This document shows positions 1-9,191 of a DNA stretch of 64,000 bases, one piece after another (position 1 is the first letter of the stretch; each line of letters begins with the position of its first letter). Made by a program: the position numbers and the translations under genes. Origin of the DNA: Limisphaerales bacterium (GTDB lineage: Bacteria; Verrucomicrobiota; Verrucomicrobiia; Limisphaerales; SIBE01); assembly GCA_044225505.1 (NCBI GenBank), contig JBGAIN010000003.1, positions 1-64,000 of the forward strand, given 5' to 3'. The notes beneath the pieces are model-generated. The model did no database searches. It was not told the DNA's origin and saw nothing but the letters and a program-made list of their open reading frames with translations.

Positions 1-390
1 CAGAGTGACGGTCGTATCCCCGCTCCGGCCGAGCGGGTAAAGGTAAACTTGCAGCATCGGATCACTCGAATCTGTCCCCCAGGCCCCAGCAGCATTGGTA
101 ACGCTCACGTCGATTGGTGAGAGAGACCCATCCGCCCATCGAAGATCGATCATCTCCCCATCATCCCGCCAATTTGTCGGGCTATCGATGTCACGGCTAT
201 AGAGATTCCAGTAATCACTGGCGGATTCACCAATGGCAGCGGGGCCTTTCTTGACTTTGACGCCTGGAGCAAGGTGCGCTCCGAAATCAATATTCAGGAG
301 CGGGGGAGTTTGCGCCACGGCGATCCAGCAGACCAGCTGGGCAACGATTAATAAGGCGGTTCGCCAGCGGTGGAGACCGAAGCAATTCAT
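1..390 (-). CDS. Secreted protein, 5' part only (runs off the window start)
   Basis: Not in the ORF track; translated manually from ATG at 390 with GGAGG 4 nt upstream: MNCFGLHRWRTALLIVAQLVCWIAVA-QTPPLLNIDFG...GPAAIGESASDYWN...AGAWGTDSSDPMLQVYLYP...TTVTL. The frame is open to base 1 and the N-terminus is signal-peptide-like. Confidence 0.8.
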   Translation of the reverse strand, partial: MNCFGLHRWRTALLIVAQLVCWIAVAQTPPLLNIDFGAHLAPGVKVKKGPAAIGESASDYWNLYSRDIDSPTNWRDDGEMIDLRWADGSLSPIDVSVTNAAGAWGTDSSDPMLQVYLYPLGRSGDTTVTL

Positions 391-452
391 GCAACCTCCA
401 TTCTGTTACAGCATTCTATAAAACCTGCTAGCATTTTTCGCGCAGCTCCGAA

Positions 453-466
453 TTGACCATTGTCAA
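453..466. promoter_or_regulatory. Palindromic operator-like site TTGAC-N4-GTCAA in a divergent intergenic region
   Basis: TTGACCATTGTCAA has perfect 5-bp arms and a 4-nt spacer, the same geometry as the FNR/CRP-family box TTGAT-N4-ATCAA. Confidence 0.4.
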
Positions 467-640
467 CATTGTTCCCAGATAGTGCGGCCGTCGGCCTGCG
501 TCCTTCTGAGTTCGACGTTGCCTGGATTGCCCCCGGGGCCCAGCGCGAAAGGTATTGAAAAACACCCCTTACCAAAGCAGATTGCGTTCCCAGTCCGTCT
601 TCGACCGGCCCGCGCTCGCCGGCGGCTGGCGTTTCAGGTG

Positions 641-1693
641 ATGCCCTCATCCAACAGTGAAATCCTGATTAGCGTTGTCATTCTGAATTACAACGGGGCG
701 CAATGGCTAGGTCGATGCTTGGACTCGCTGCGCGCGCAGACAATCCATGCCCGCCTCGAAATCATTCTGGCGGATAATCGATCCACCGATGGCTCCGACC
801 AGTTGGCGCAGGGACTCGTCCATGGAAGATCCCGGGAACTGTTCCTCCAGCACGGCGAGAATCTCGGGTATTGCGAAGGCAACAATCGGGCTGCTCGGCA
901 AGCCCAAGGACGTTACTTGTTCTTTTTGAATAACGATACATGGCTCGAGCCGGCCTGCCTCGAAACGCTGCTGCGAGAGGTTCAAGCGGCGGATGCCCAT
1001 GCCGCGACGCCGCTCGTCCTCAATTACCACGATTCTTCGTTCCAATCGCTAGGCGCACAAGGCCTCGATCTTTTCGGCCTGACCAGTACGCGCCAACCTT
1101 ACGGAACGACGCGGGCCGTTTTCATGCCGGAGGGCTGCTCCTATCTCATCGAGCGGGAATTGTTCGCCAAGCTGGGCGGATTCGATCCGGTGCTATTCAT
1201 GTTTTCCGACGAACTGGATCTGTCCTGGCGTCTCTGGACGGCCGGGTACAAGGCGGTGGGAGTGCCGAGCGCCATTTTGCATCATCGTGGCGCCGCCAAC
1301 GTCAACCCAAAGGGTGCGAGCGAAGTTGTGGAATTTCGCACGAGCGATACGAAGCGATATTACGCGAATCGGAATGGGCTCCTGGTCGTAGCCAAAAACG
1401 CTCAGCATTTGCTCGTTCTCATGTTATGGGCTCAATTGATCTTGCTGCTGATCGAGGCTCTCGTCGCTTGGGTGCTGATCGGTCGCTGGAGCTTCGTGCG
1501 CCGGGCGTACTGGAATGCTGTGGCGGAGTGGTGGCGCTTGCGCCATCACATTCGGAAGGAGCGTGCTCGCATCGCGCAGCTGCGCCGCCGCTCGGATTGG
1601 TGGATGCTACGCTTCCTACGCTGGCGGCCGAACCGGCTGGATGAAGTTATCCGCATGCGCCGCATGGGTCGGCCCAAAGTGACGGCTCACTAA
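641..1693 (+). CDS. Glycosyltransferase family 2
   Basis: ISVVILNYNG, ADNRSTDGS, ENLGYCEGNN, FLNNDT (DxD-type), GGFD..FMFSDELDLSWR. Start set at ATG 641; the ORF track begins at 482. Confidence 0.92.
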   Translation: MPSSNSEILISVVILNYNGAQWLGRCLDSLRAQTIHARLEIILADNRSTDGSDQLAQGLVHGRSRELFLQHGENLGYCEGNNRAARQAQGRYLFFLNNDTWLEPACLETLLREVQAADAHAATPLVLNYHDSSFQSLGAQGLDLFGLTSTRQPYGTTRAVFMPEGCSYLIERELFAKLGGFDPVLFMFSDELDLSWRLWTAGYKAVGVPSAILHHRGAANVNPKGASEVVEFRTSDTKRYYANRNGLLVVAKNAQHLLVLMLWAQLILLLIEALVAWVLIGRWSFVRRAYWNAVAEWWRLRHHIRKERARIAQLRRRSDWWMLRFLRWRPNRLDEVIRMRRMGRPKVTAH

Positions 1694-1704
1694 CCGCAAG
1701 GAGT

Positions 1705-2409
1705 TCAGCGGGATCTCTGCAGCAAGACCGCACAGTTCCAGGCCAGAAACTCGCGCACGACAGGTAGGGCCATCAAAAAGCTGAACTCGGAGTAGTATCG
1801 CGGCGCCACCTTCACGATGCGGAGGTCTGGCTGCCTCCTCATCAGGCGCAGCACGGGACCGATATGGATCGGGTAGAGTGTAACATACGGCGTGTGAATG
1901 CGCGGACGCTTCACCAGCCGATCAAATAGCCGTGGGCCAAGTCGGGGACCCAAGTAATGAAACGGTGAGAAATCATGGCCGCCCCAGGGCGAGAGCCAAT
2001 TCGTCCAACTTAGATAGAAGTGGCCGCCTGGCCGCAGCATCTTAGGCAGGTTCCGCACGAATTCGTTCGGTTTTGCCAGATGCTCCAGAACGTTTGAACA
2101 AATGACCACGTCGTAAGCGCCCAAACGGGATGGATCATCCTTATCCAGGTTGATTTGCCGGAATGGCGCCGTGGCCATACTCGGAAGGAGATGATTGCTT
2201 TCATCGGCAAAGGTCACTTGGCATCCTAACTTCAACAATTCAGCGCCCATTAGCCCGTGTCCACAACCCAAGTCCAAGACGGAACGTCCGGGACCGAAGG
2301 TAGCGCCATAACGCCGCATCCAGTCGATCGCATCGTTCGTTTGCAGGAGGTAGAAATCCGGGTCGTCCCGATGCCGGAGGTGTTGGGCGATAAGCTTGTG
2401 AATGATCAC
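1705..2409 (-). CDS. Class I SAM-dependent methyltransferase
   Basis: VLDLGCGHG motif I, YDVVICSNVLEHL, LRPGG. Confidence 0.9.
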   Translation of the reverse strand: MIIHKLIAQHLRHRDDPDFYLLQTNDAIDWMRRYGATFGPGRSVLDLGCGHGLMGAELLKLGCQVTFADESNHLLPSMATAPFRQINLDKDDPSRLGAYDVVICSNVLEHLAKPNEFVRNLPKMLRPGGHFYLSWTNWLSPWGGHDFSPFHYLGPRLGPRLFDRLVKRPRIHTPYVTLYPIHIGPVLRLMRRQPDLRIVKVAPRYYSEFSFLMALPVVREFLAWNCAVLLQRSR

Positions 2410-2596
2410 CGGACAAGCAACAGACCAGTTCCGTACCCTGATCGCAATTAGAAATTCACCGGGAACGCCCCGAACCTGCCAAACGGACTGGCTCTGCCAG
2501 GAGGGTGACGTTGGTTATTCCCGGGACTCCAGCAGCCCCGCAGCCCTCCCTCAGCTAGACAACCGTCAGTGTTCCTGCTCAATTCTCGCCGACGGC

Positions 2597-3703
2597 ATGC
2601 GGTTCTTAATGTTAAATTGGCGCGACCCGCACAACCCTTTGTCCGGAGGGGCAGAACGGGTGACGTTGGGATATCTCGCGGCGCTGGCGAAGCGCGGGCA
2701 CGAGGTCTTTTGGTATGCCTATTCGTTTCCGGGCGCGAAACCGAGCGATCGGGTGGACGGCATCGAGATTGTGCGAGGGGGCGGGGTGGGATCAGCGATC
2801 CTTCAGGCACGCCGCTGGTATCGACAGCAGAAGCCTTTCGACCTGGTTGTCGATCAACACCATGGCATCCCTTGGTTTGCACCCTGGTGGTGCCGGACGA
2901 ATTGTGTGGCCTATATTCATGAGGTGCTGGGACCGATTTGGGGAGCATTCTATCGATGGCCGGTGAATCGGATCGGGCCCACGCAAGAACGATGGACCCA
3001 CTGGCTTTACCGCAAGATCCCCTTCTGGACCGCGTGTCCATCGACGAAAACAGCGCTTCACGACGCTGGAGTTCGGGATGTCACCCTGATTCCTTACGGA
3101 GTTCACACGCATGCCTTGCCCATTCTCGAGGAAAAGCCCCTGACCCCGCCCTTGAGGCTGGTGGTGGTCTCCCGGCTCGCCCCGAATAAACGCGTTGATC
3201 ACGCGATTCGGACCGCGCGGCATCTGCTCGATCAGGGAGTAGATACCCGCTTGCAGATCATCGGCAGTGGAGTGGTCGAGGGAGGATTGCGACAGCTCAC
3301 CGCAGAGCTCAGTCTGGAAAAACAGGTCACTTTTGCCGGCCCTCTCTCTGAGCAAGCGAAAGACGAACAATTGCGTCGCGCTCATTGGATCTTGCACACC
3401 TCCATGAGGGAAGGCTGGGGATTGAATGTGATAGAAGCGAACGCCATGGGGACCCCTGGCGCAGTCTACCCTGTGCCAGGATTGATCGAATCGACACTCC
3501 ACGATAAAACGGGAGTGGTCTCCGAAGCGGAAACGCCGGCAGCTCTTTCGGCCACGATTCAACGCGCTCTGAAGCAGCCAGATCGCTACCAGACGTATCG
3601 GGTGCAGGCCTGGGAGCGGTCCAAGACGTTTCATTGGGACGTCGTCCTCCCTCAGGCCTGCACCTGGCTAGAAAAACACGCGAAGCCGGGACGGCGAGGC
3701 TAA
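2597..3703 (+). CDS. Glycosyltransferase family 4
   Basis: MRFLMLNWRD..GGAE, SRLAPNKRVD, EGWGLNVIEANAMGTP (EX7E). Start set at ATG 2597. Confidence 0.92.
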   Translation: MRFLMLNWRDPHNPLSGGAERVTLGYLAALAKRGHEVFWYAYSFPGAKPSDRVDGIEIVRGGGVGSAILQARRWYRQQKPFDLVVDQHHGIPWFAPWWCRTNCVAYIHEVLGPIWGAFYRWPVNRIGPTQERWTHWLYRKIPFWTACPSTKTALHDAGVRDVTLIPYGVHTHALPILEEKPLTPPLRLVVVSRLAPNKRVDHAIRTARHLLDQGVDTRLQIIGSGVVEGGLRQLTAELSLEKQVTFAGPLSEQAKDEQLRRAHWILHTSMREGWGLNVIEANAMGTPGAVYPVPGLIESTLHDKTGVVSEAETPAALSATIQRALKQPDRYQTYRVQAWERSKTFHWDVVLPQACTWLEKHAKPGRRG

Positions 3704-3750
3704 GACCGCGGCAGAAGGGATAAAGCAATTGCCAACGTCGGTCTTCGCGC

Positions 3751-3778
3751 TTGACTGAGGGAGCTCCTCAATTAGTGT
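3751..3778 (+). promoter_or_regulatory. Possible sigma70 promoter with a palindrome in the spacer
   Basis: TTGACT-N16-TAGTGT ends 15 nt before ATG 3794. The inverted repeat TGAGG-GAGCT-CCTCA (3756-3770) lies in the spacer. Confidence 0.35.
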
Positions 3779-3793
3779 GCCCTCTCCTGGCGA

Positions 3794-5059
3794 ATGAAAT
3801 CACTCGAAAATATCTCCGTCTTTGGCTTAGGCAAGCTGGGCGCCTGCATTGCGGCTACGTTGGCAGCACGGGGATTTACCGTGCTTGGAGTCGACATCGA
3901 TCCGGAAAAAGTGCGCCGAGTTAACGAGGGACTGCCCCCAGTCGAAGAGCCACTCTTGGCAGAAACGCTCGCGCAGGGCAGATCTCGCATTCGAGCGACA
4001 ACCCATGTTGTCGATGCCGTCCAGACCGACGCCTCGTTCTTTATCCCACCGTCGCCCAGCCTGCCAGACGGGAGTTTCTCGAACGAGTATTTGCTGCGTG
4101 CGATGCAGCCTTTAGCTAAGTGCCTCCGCCAAGCGGGTAAGAAGGGTCATTTGTTCGTCGTCAGCTCTACCACGACGCCCGGCGCCGTGAGACAAGTCAT
4201 TATACCCACCCTCGAGAAGGAAACCGGTTGGAAGTGCCCGAACGACTTTGGCGTCTGTTACAATCCGGAGTTTATTGCGTTGGGCAACGTGGTGCGTGGA
4301 TTATTGGAGCCGGATATGGTGTTGATCGGAGAGTCTGATCCTGGGAGCGGAGCGTTGTTGGAGGCACTCTATAAGCGCTACAATCAGAATCAACCGAACA
4401 TTGCACGAATGTCGATTACGAGCGCTGAGTTGGCTAAGATCTCCGTCAACGGCTACGTGACGATGAAGATCAGTTTCACCAACCAGTTAAGGCTAATTGC
4501 CGAACGGTTTCCGGACGCGAACATCCACGACATCCTATCGGCGGTGGGCAGCGATTCGCGCATCGGGCCAAAGTACCTTCGCCCTGGCTTGAGTTACGGA
4601 GGTCCTTGCTTTCCTAGAGATAATCGTCTGTTGGCCTACGCCGCTCGCCAAGTCGGGTTAGATGCCCCACTCGCTCAGGCGACCGATCGCGTGAACGAAC
4701 TGACCAAAGATCAGCTCGTCGCCAACGTGCAAGCTTTGGCCAACAAGAACGATGGCGTCGCGATTCTTGGCATGGCTTACAAACCGGACACTTACATCGT
4801 TGAGGAGTCGGCCGGATTAGCGTTGGCTCAGCGATTGAAGCAGCAAGGCTACCGTGTGTTCATTCACGATTTCATCGCTAGCCCGGCTAACAGTCCGGCG
4901 CTAATTCAGTTTGAAATCATCGAAACTCTGAAAGATTTTGCATCCAGAACTGATATCCAAGTGGTTGCCGTCTGCGGCCCTTCGCCACAATATCGGGAAC
5001 TCCGATTGCCGCCGAACGCCAAGCTGTTCGATCCTTGGGGTCTGATCCGTTCAAGGTAA
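3794..5059 (+). CDS. UDP-glucose/GDP-mannose dehydrogenase family nucleotide-sugar dehydrogenase
   Basis: Rossmann GLGKLG, YNPEFIALG, ELAKISVN, catalytic GGPCFPRD, GMAYKP. Confidence 0.93.
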   Translation: MKSLENISVFGLGKLGACIAATLAARGFTVLGVDIDPEKVRRVNEGLPPVEEPLLAETLAQGRSRIRATTHVVDAVQTDASFFIPPSPSLPDGSFSNEYLLRAMQPLAKCLRQAGKKGHLFVVSSTTTPGAVRQVIIPTLEKETGWKCPNDFGVCYNPEFIALGNVVRGLLEPDMVLIGESDPGSGALLEALYKRYNQNQPNIARMSITSAELAKISVNGYVTMKISFTNQLRLIAERFPDANIHDILSAVGSDSRIGPKYLRPGLSYGGPCFPRDNRLLAYAARQVGLDAPLAQATDRVNELTKDQLVANVQALANKNDGVAILGMAYKPDTYIVEESAGLALAQRLKQQGYRVFIHDFIASPANSPALIQFEIIETLKDFASRTDIQVVAVCGPSPQYRELRLPPNAKLFDPWGLIRSR

Positions 5060-5091
5060 CGGTCGCGCCAAGCTGATTGGACCAGACACGA

Positions 5092-5910
5092 ATGAAAGTC
5101 GACTCGGACAGCTCATTAAAAGGAGAGGTAAAACAGTTCTGGGAACAGGGGAGCTGCGACACTGACCAAGCGCGCTCACAAAAGTTTTCCCGCGAGTACT
5201 TCGAAGAGATCGAAGCTTGGCGGTATGAGACTCAGCCTTTCATTCATTCATTTGCACAGTTTACTCGATATCGAGGCAAGAGAGTCCTCGAAGTTGGCTT
5301 CGGCGCTGGAACAGATTTCATCCAATGGCTCCGTGCGGGGGCAGCCGTCTCGGGGATTGATCTTACCCGAGAGGCACTGGAAAACGTGAAGCAACGGATC
5401 GCCATTTATAACCTGCCGCTCCCTGAGAGAATGGAAGTTGGCGATGCGGAGAACCTGCCGTTTTCATCCGACTCCTTTGATCTCGGGTACTCATTTGGCG
5501 TGCTACATCACTCGCCGGACACCGAGCGTGCGGTGAGCGAACTCGTCCGCGTGGTACGCCCAGGAGGCGAAATAAAGATCATGCTTTATAATCGGCATTC
5601 GGTGGGCGTGTTTAATCTATGGGCCAAGTTCGGTTTGCTCCGAGGCCGCCCGTGGAAGAGTTTGCGCTGGGCTCTCTGGAACCACATGGAGAGCATCGGT
5701 ACCAAGGGGTACACGCGTGGAGAACTAAATCGCATGATGTCGCGCTTGCCGCTCCGCGAATGGCACATTCAAACGGAAGCCACGGGTTTGGACCGGGTGG
5801 CACAATCGAAAACTTTTCAACCGTTGAACGTCTTCTATGGCCTGCTCCTGGGCGTCACTCGAAATCGCCTCGGTTTCTTCCACTGCATTCGCGCGGTCAA
5901 ACAGGCGTAG
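5092..5910 (+). CDS. Class I SAM-dependent methyltransferase
   Basis: VLEVGFGAG, GDAENLPF, SFDLGYSFGVLHHSPD, VRPGG. Confidence 0.9.
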   Translation: MKVDSDSSLKGEVKQFWEQGSCDTDQARSQKFSREYFEEIEAWRYETQPFIHSFAQFTRYRGKRVLEVGFGAGTDFIQWLRAGAAVSGIDLTREALENVKQRIAIYNLPLPERMEVGDAENLPFSSDSFDLGYSFGVLHHSPDTERAVSELVRVVRPGGEIKIMLYNRHSVGVFNLWAKFGLLRGRPWKSLRWALWNHMESIGTKGYTRGELNRMMSRLPLREWHIQTEATGLDRVAQSKTFQPLNVFYGLLLGVTRNRLGFFHCIRAVKQA

Positions 5911-5922
5911 TCAGCTGCTCGG

Positions 5923-6783
5923 CTAAAGCTTGTCCAAGCCGATATTGGAAGAAAAGGTGGTTCGATCTTTGACGTGCCGCCGCAGAATCCACCGCGCAGG
6001 GATGAGATCACAAGTCCGGCGGTAGAGCAGTTTTTGGCCTTGGCGGCGCGCGTGCCCGTAAGCGTAAAAGGCCTTGCCAAGAAGTCCGTCCGGGCACCCG
6101 TGCTCGCGCTTGAGCACGAACATTTCACGATCAAAGTTCTGAATAATGCGTTTGTCGAGCGACTGTCCGAATTGGTGATAACGAAAGCACACCAGAAATT
6201 CTGGGATCAACCCGATTCGGCAACCAGCTTTGCCCATGCGAAGGACGAAATCGTAGTCACAGAGATTTTTGAACGCTTTGTGCCGGTAGGCCCCGAGCTT
6301 TTCATAGATGCTCTTGCGGATGAACAATGCCGGATGCGCAATGTAACCAAAGGCAAACCGTAGGGTGTCGTAGTCAAAAAGCGCCTCTTTTCGGTGGTAA
6401 ATCTCTCGACCCTCGCCGTCTACAAATACGACGTCCCCGAAGGCCCCATCCCAGTCCGGATGATCCTCAATGGCGCGGGCTACCTTCTGAAACGCTCCTG
6501 GCAGGTAATAATCGTCGGCATTCAGGATCGCGACCACCTCGCCACTGGCTCGTTCAATCCCTTTGTTCATCGCATGGTAATGCCCTTCGTCTTTACCGCT
6601 CTCCACTTGGAGGTGCGGATACCGCTTGAGAATCTCCAAGGTCCCGTCGGTCGAGCCCCCGTCCATGACAATATGCTCAAAATGGGCATAGTCCTGCTTG
6701 AGGACGGACTCTATCGTTTCCCGGATCGTCTGCGCGCTATTGTAGCACGGTGTGACGACGGAAATCTTCGTTGGGCTCGCCAT
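5923..6783 (-). CDS. Glycosyltransferase family 2
   Basis: ISVVTPCYNS, MDGGSTDGT, AMNKGI, LNADD, HPALF, DYDFVLR. Start set at ATG 6783. Confidence 0.92.
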   Translation of the reverse strand: MASPTKISVVTPCYNSAQTIRETIESVLKQDYAHFEHIVMDGGSTDGTLEILKRYPHLQVESGKDEGHYHAMNKGIERASGEVVAILNADDYYLPGAFQKVARAIEDHPDWDGAFGDVVFVDGEGREIYHRKEALFDYDTLRFAFGYIAHPALFIRKSIYEKLGAYRHKAFKNLCDYDFVLRMGKAGCRIGLIPEFLVCFRYHQFGQSLDKRIIQNFDREMFVLKREHGCPDGLLGKAFYAYGHARRQGQKLLYRRTCDLIPARWILRRHVKDRTTFSSNIGLDKL

Positions 6784-6909
6784 AACTACGGTAAATAAAG
6801 CGGTAATCCGCGCGACTGCAAAACCTTTAATCCATTCTGTTGCGCGATCCAAACGCCAAATCACACCGCGTTCTCGGTGACGTCAGCCTTTTGCCCGCAT
6901 CCTCCGCGA

Positions 6910-7833
6910 TTACGCGCCAATTCGGTCAAGGCGCGCCGCAGGAACGCAAATCACGTTATCCGCATGTTCGTAATCAGAAATCGAACGCATCGGACGGGTC
7001 TCCCCCCAGCCATGCACAATCCGGTAGTACTGGTATTTCCCAAACTGTTCGAGACAGCGCAGCAATTCTTCCGGCGCATAACCAAAGTCTTTGGCGGTGT
7101 GGACATTCATCTCAATGATCCAAATGGGTGGATTGGGCCCAGCCAGGAGCTTTTGTGCACCTCGCAGGACACCCATTTCGGCCCCTTCCACGTCGATCTT
7201 AACAATGTCTACCTCTGGCAGGTTCCGACTCTCCAGATATGCGTCCAACGTAACCATCGGCACCGTTGCCGACGAATAATCATCGCGACCAAGGCGCGAC
7301 ATCGACGAGTGTCCTGAACCGAGCGATCTAAAACTGTAAAGTTCTACCGAGCCCTTATGATTTCCCAAGGCCAGTTGGTTTAGGATCACTCTAGAACCTA
7401 ACTGATTCCGCGCACAGGTCCTGGCCAATCTTTCGTAGACAGCGGGCTGGGGCTCGAACGCGTGACAGACACCTGTGTTCAAGAGTTTCGTGATGATCAC
7501 AGTGAACCATCCGATATTCGCGCCTATATCCAAGACGACGTCCGTCGGCCGGACGAGCTTCTCGAGCATTGTGGTGGTTCCTGTTTCGAATGTGCCCTGG
7601 AAAAGCAGCACTTCCCACGCGCGATCGTCCGGAAACTGCAGTATGAATTCCCCATGATCACCGGTCGCGAGAAATTCGGCAGGCCCAATGGTCTTCAAAA
7701 GGAGCTGTTGCAGTGTGCCCTTGCCGAGCTGCAGCGGCATTGCCTTCGAGTACCAGGACAGGAGCGACAGCAAGCGTTGCGAAGTCCATCCAAGCTGAGT
7801 TTGCATAGGTGCGAGCGAATTAGATCGGGCCAT
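6910..7833 (-). CDS. FkbM family methyltransferase
   Basis: VLDIGANIGWF, HAFEP, VKIDVEGAEMGVLRGA. Start uncertain (7806-7869). Confidence 0.9.
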   Translation of the reverse strand: MARSNSLAPMQTQLGWTSQRLLSLLSWYSKAMPLQLGKGTLQQLLLKTIGPAEFLATGDHGEFILQFPDDRAWEVLLFQGTFETGTTTMLEKLVRPTDVVLDIGANIGWFTVIITKLLNTGVCHAFEPQPAVYERLARTCARNQLGSRVILNQLALGNHKGSVELYSFRSLGSGHSSMSRLGRDDYSSATVPMVTLDAYLESRNLPEVDIVKIDVEGAEMGVLRGAQKLLAGPNPPIWIIEMNVHTAKDFGYAPEELLRCLEQFGKYQYYRIVHGWGETRPMRSISDYEHADNVICVPAARLDRIGA

Positions 7834-8944
7834 CACTGACGGACGCATTGCGTTCCCCTCCGCGAGCACACAGGCGCCAGAGAAAAAAGAAAAGGAACCC
7901 GGCGCGTTTCTTCCAAAAGAACGTAGCCAGAGGCCTGGTCGCGGGACTCAACCATGCCACGGGGTAAACCATCGCAGCCAATACGGTTCCCGCAACCGCC
8001 TTGAAGAACAATCGCGTGGAATGTCGGGCGGCTTGGTCGACCGAAGACTTCAATTCCGAAAGCAGCACGTCCTCTATCAGCCGCTCGCTTTCAGTCCGCT
8101 CGATGATTTCCATCGCGTAATCGTGGGCACGATGGGCCAGCAGAATGACGATGAATCGAGTCAGTAAGAATTCGCGTTCACTGGGTTTCTTCTGACGCAG
8201 GCGAGCGAAGAAACTTCCCGCCGTCAGAAAGTAAACACCATCGCCCCAGACCAGTTGAGGATGCGACACGGGCGACCAAGCGAGATTGCGCCGCATCATT
8301 AGTTCTCGCGACAGACTGAAGAGCTCGAATCCGTGGGCACGGAGAAAGGCGTCAATCTCTCCGAAAAGGGGAGCGCCCAGATGGCGACCGACGAAGCTAA
8401 CTTCGACTCGCAAACCGAGCACCGTACTATCCAGCACACGTTCGCCCCCCTGGAGCACGTCGAGTTCCGCCCCCTCCACATCAATCTTAAGAAACTGCGG
8501 GCTTAGGGCCGGCTGATTCTCAAGACACCCATCTAACGTGACGAGTTCGACGGGCATTTCTCCAGTTTGCTCCAACAGGTCGGCGACGGCGAAGGCGCTC
8601 ATCCGATCGTAGTCGATGGGATAGAGGGATGACGAATCAGCAAATCGGGTGATATGAAGAGTCTGTTTTCCGGGACTGGCACCCAGTGCGACGGCGAAAT
8701 GAGTTACGCTTGAATTCGCATCCGCTGTTCCGGTGCGGGGCTCGAATGTCAACTGGTGAACGCAATGCCCCAGTTCCTTCCAACGTCCGTCGAGGACACC
8801 AGCAGCGCCGACATCGCCAACGATCAGCGGGACTTGGCCCAGACGTTGGACTGCGCCAGGAGAAAGGCGCCAACTTGGCCCCGTGGAGAGCAATCCCTCG
8901 TCAAGAGTTCTCAGGGCACGAACACATCGCGTGAGGAGACTCAT
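7820..8944 (-). CDS. FkbM family methyltransferase with C-terminal helical/TM extension
   Basis: DVGAAG, TFEP, LKIDVEGAELDVLQG, RVEVSF, LVWGDGVY. Confidence 0.88.
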   Translation of the reverse strand: MSLLTRCVRALRTLDEGLLSTGPSWRLSPGAVQRLGQVPLIVGDVGAAGVLDGRWKELGHCVHQLTFEPRTGTADANSSVTHFAVALGASPGKQTLHITRFADSSSLYPIDYDRMSAFAVADLLEQTGEMPVELVTLDGCLENQPALSPQFLKIDVEGAELDVLQGGERVLDSTVLGLRVEVSFVGRHLGAPLFGEIDAFLRAHGFELFSLSRELMMRRNLAWSPVSHPQLVWGDGVYFLTAGSFFARLRQKKPSEREFLLTRFIVILLAHRAHDYAMEIIERTESERLIEDVLLSELKSSVDQAARHSTRLFFKAVAGTVLAAMVYPVAWLSPATRPLATFFWKKRAGFLFFFLWRLCARGGERNASVSDGPI

Positions 8945-9191
8945 GCCTGAACCCTAGACACTCGGTGCGGGCTGGTGAGTGCTCATCAGATACCCCGGAG
9001 CTACTTTGACGTTGAAGCACATGACGACTAATGCTGATGGAGCCGTTTCCAAGGGTCAAGCCTCTCAGACCAAGTTCATCCTTGGCCTGCGCTCGTTTTC
9101 TACTATGTTCCCTGAACGGAATAACATTTCGACCGTGCGCATCCGTGGATCACTGGATTTACGGCCGAAATTGAACCCAGTTTTTTCACGC

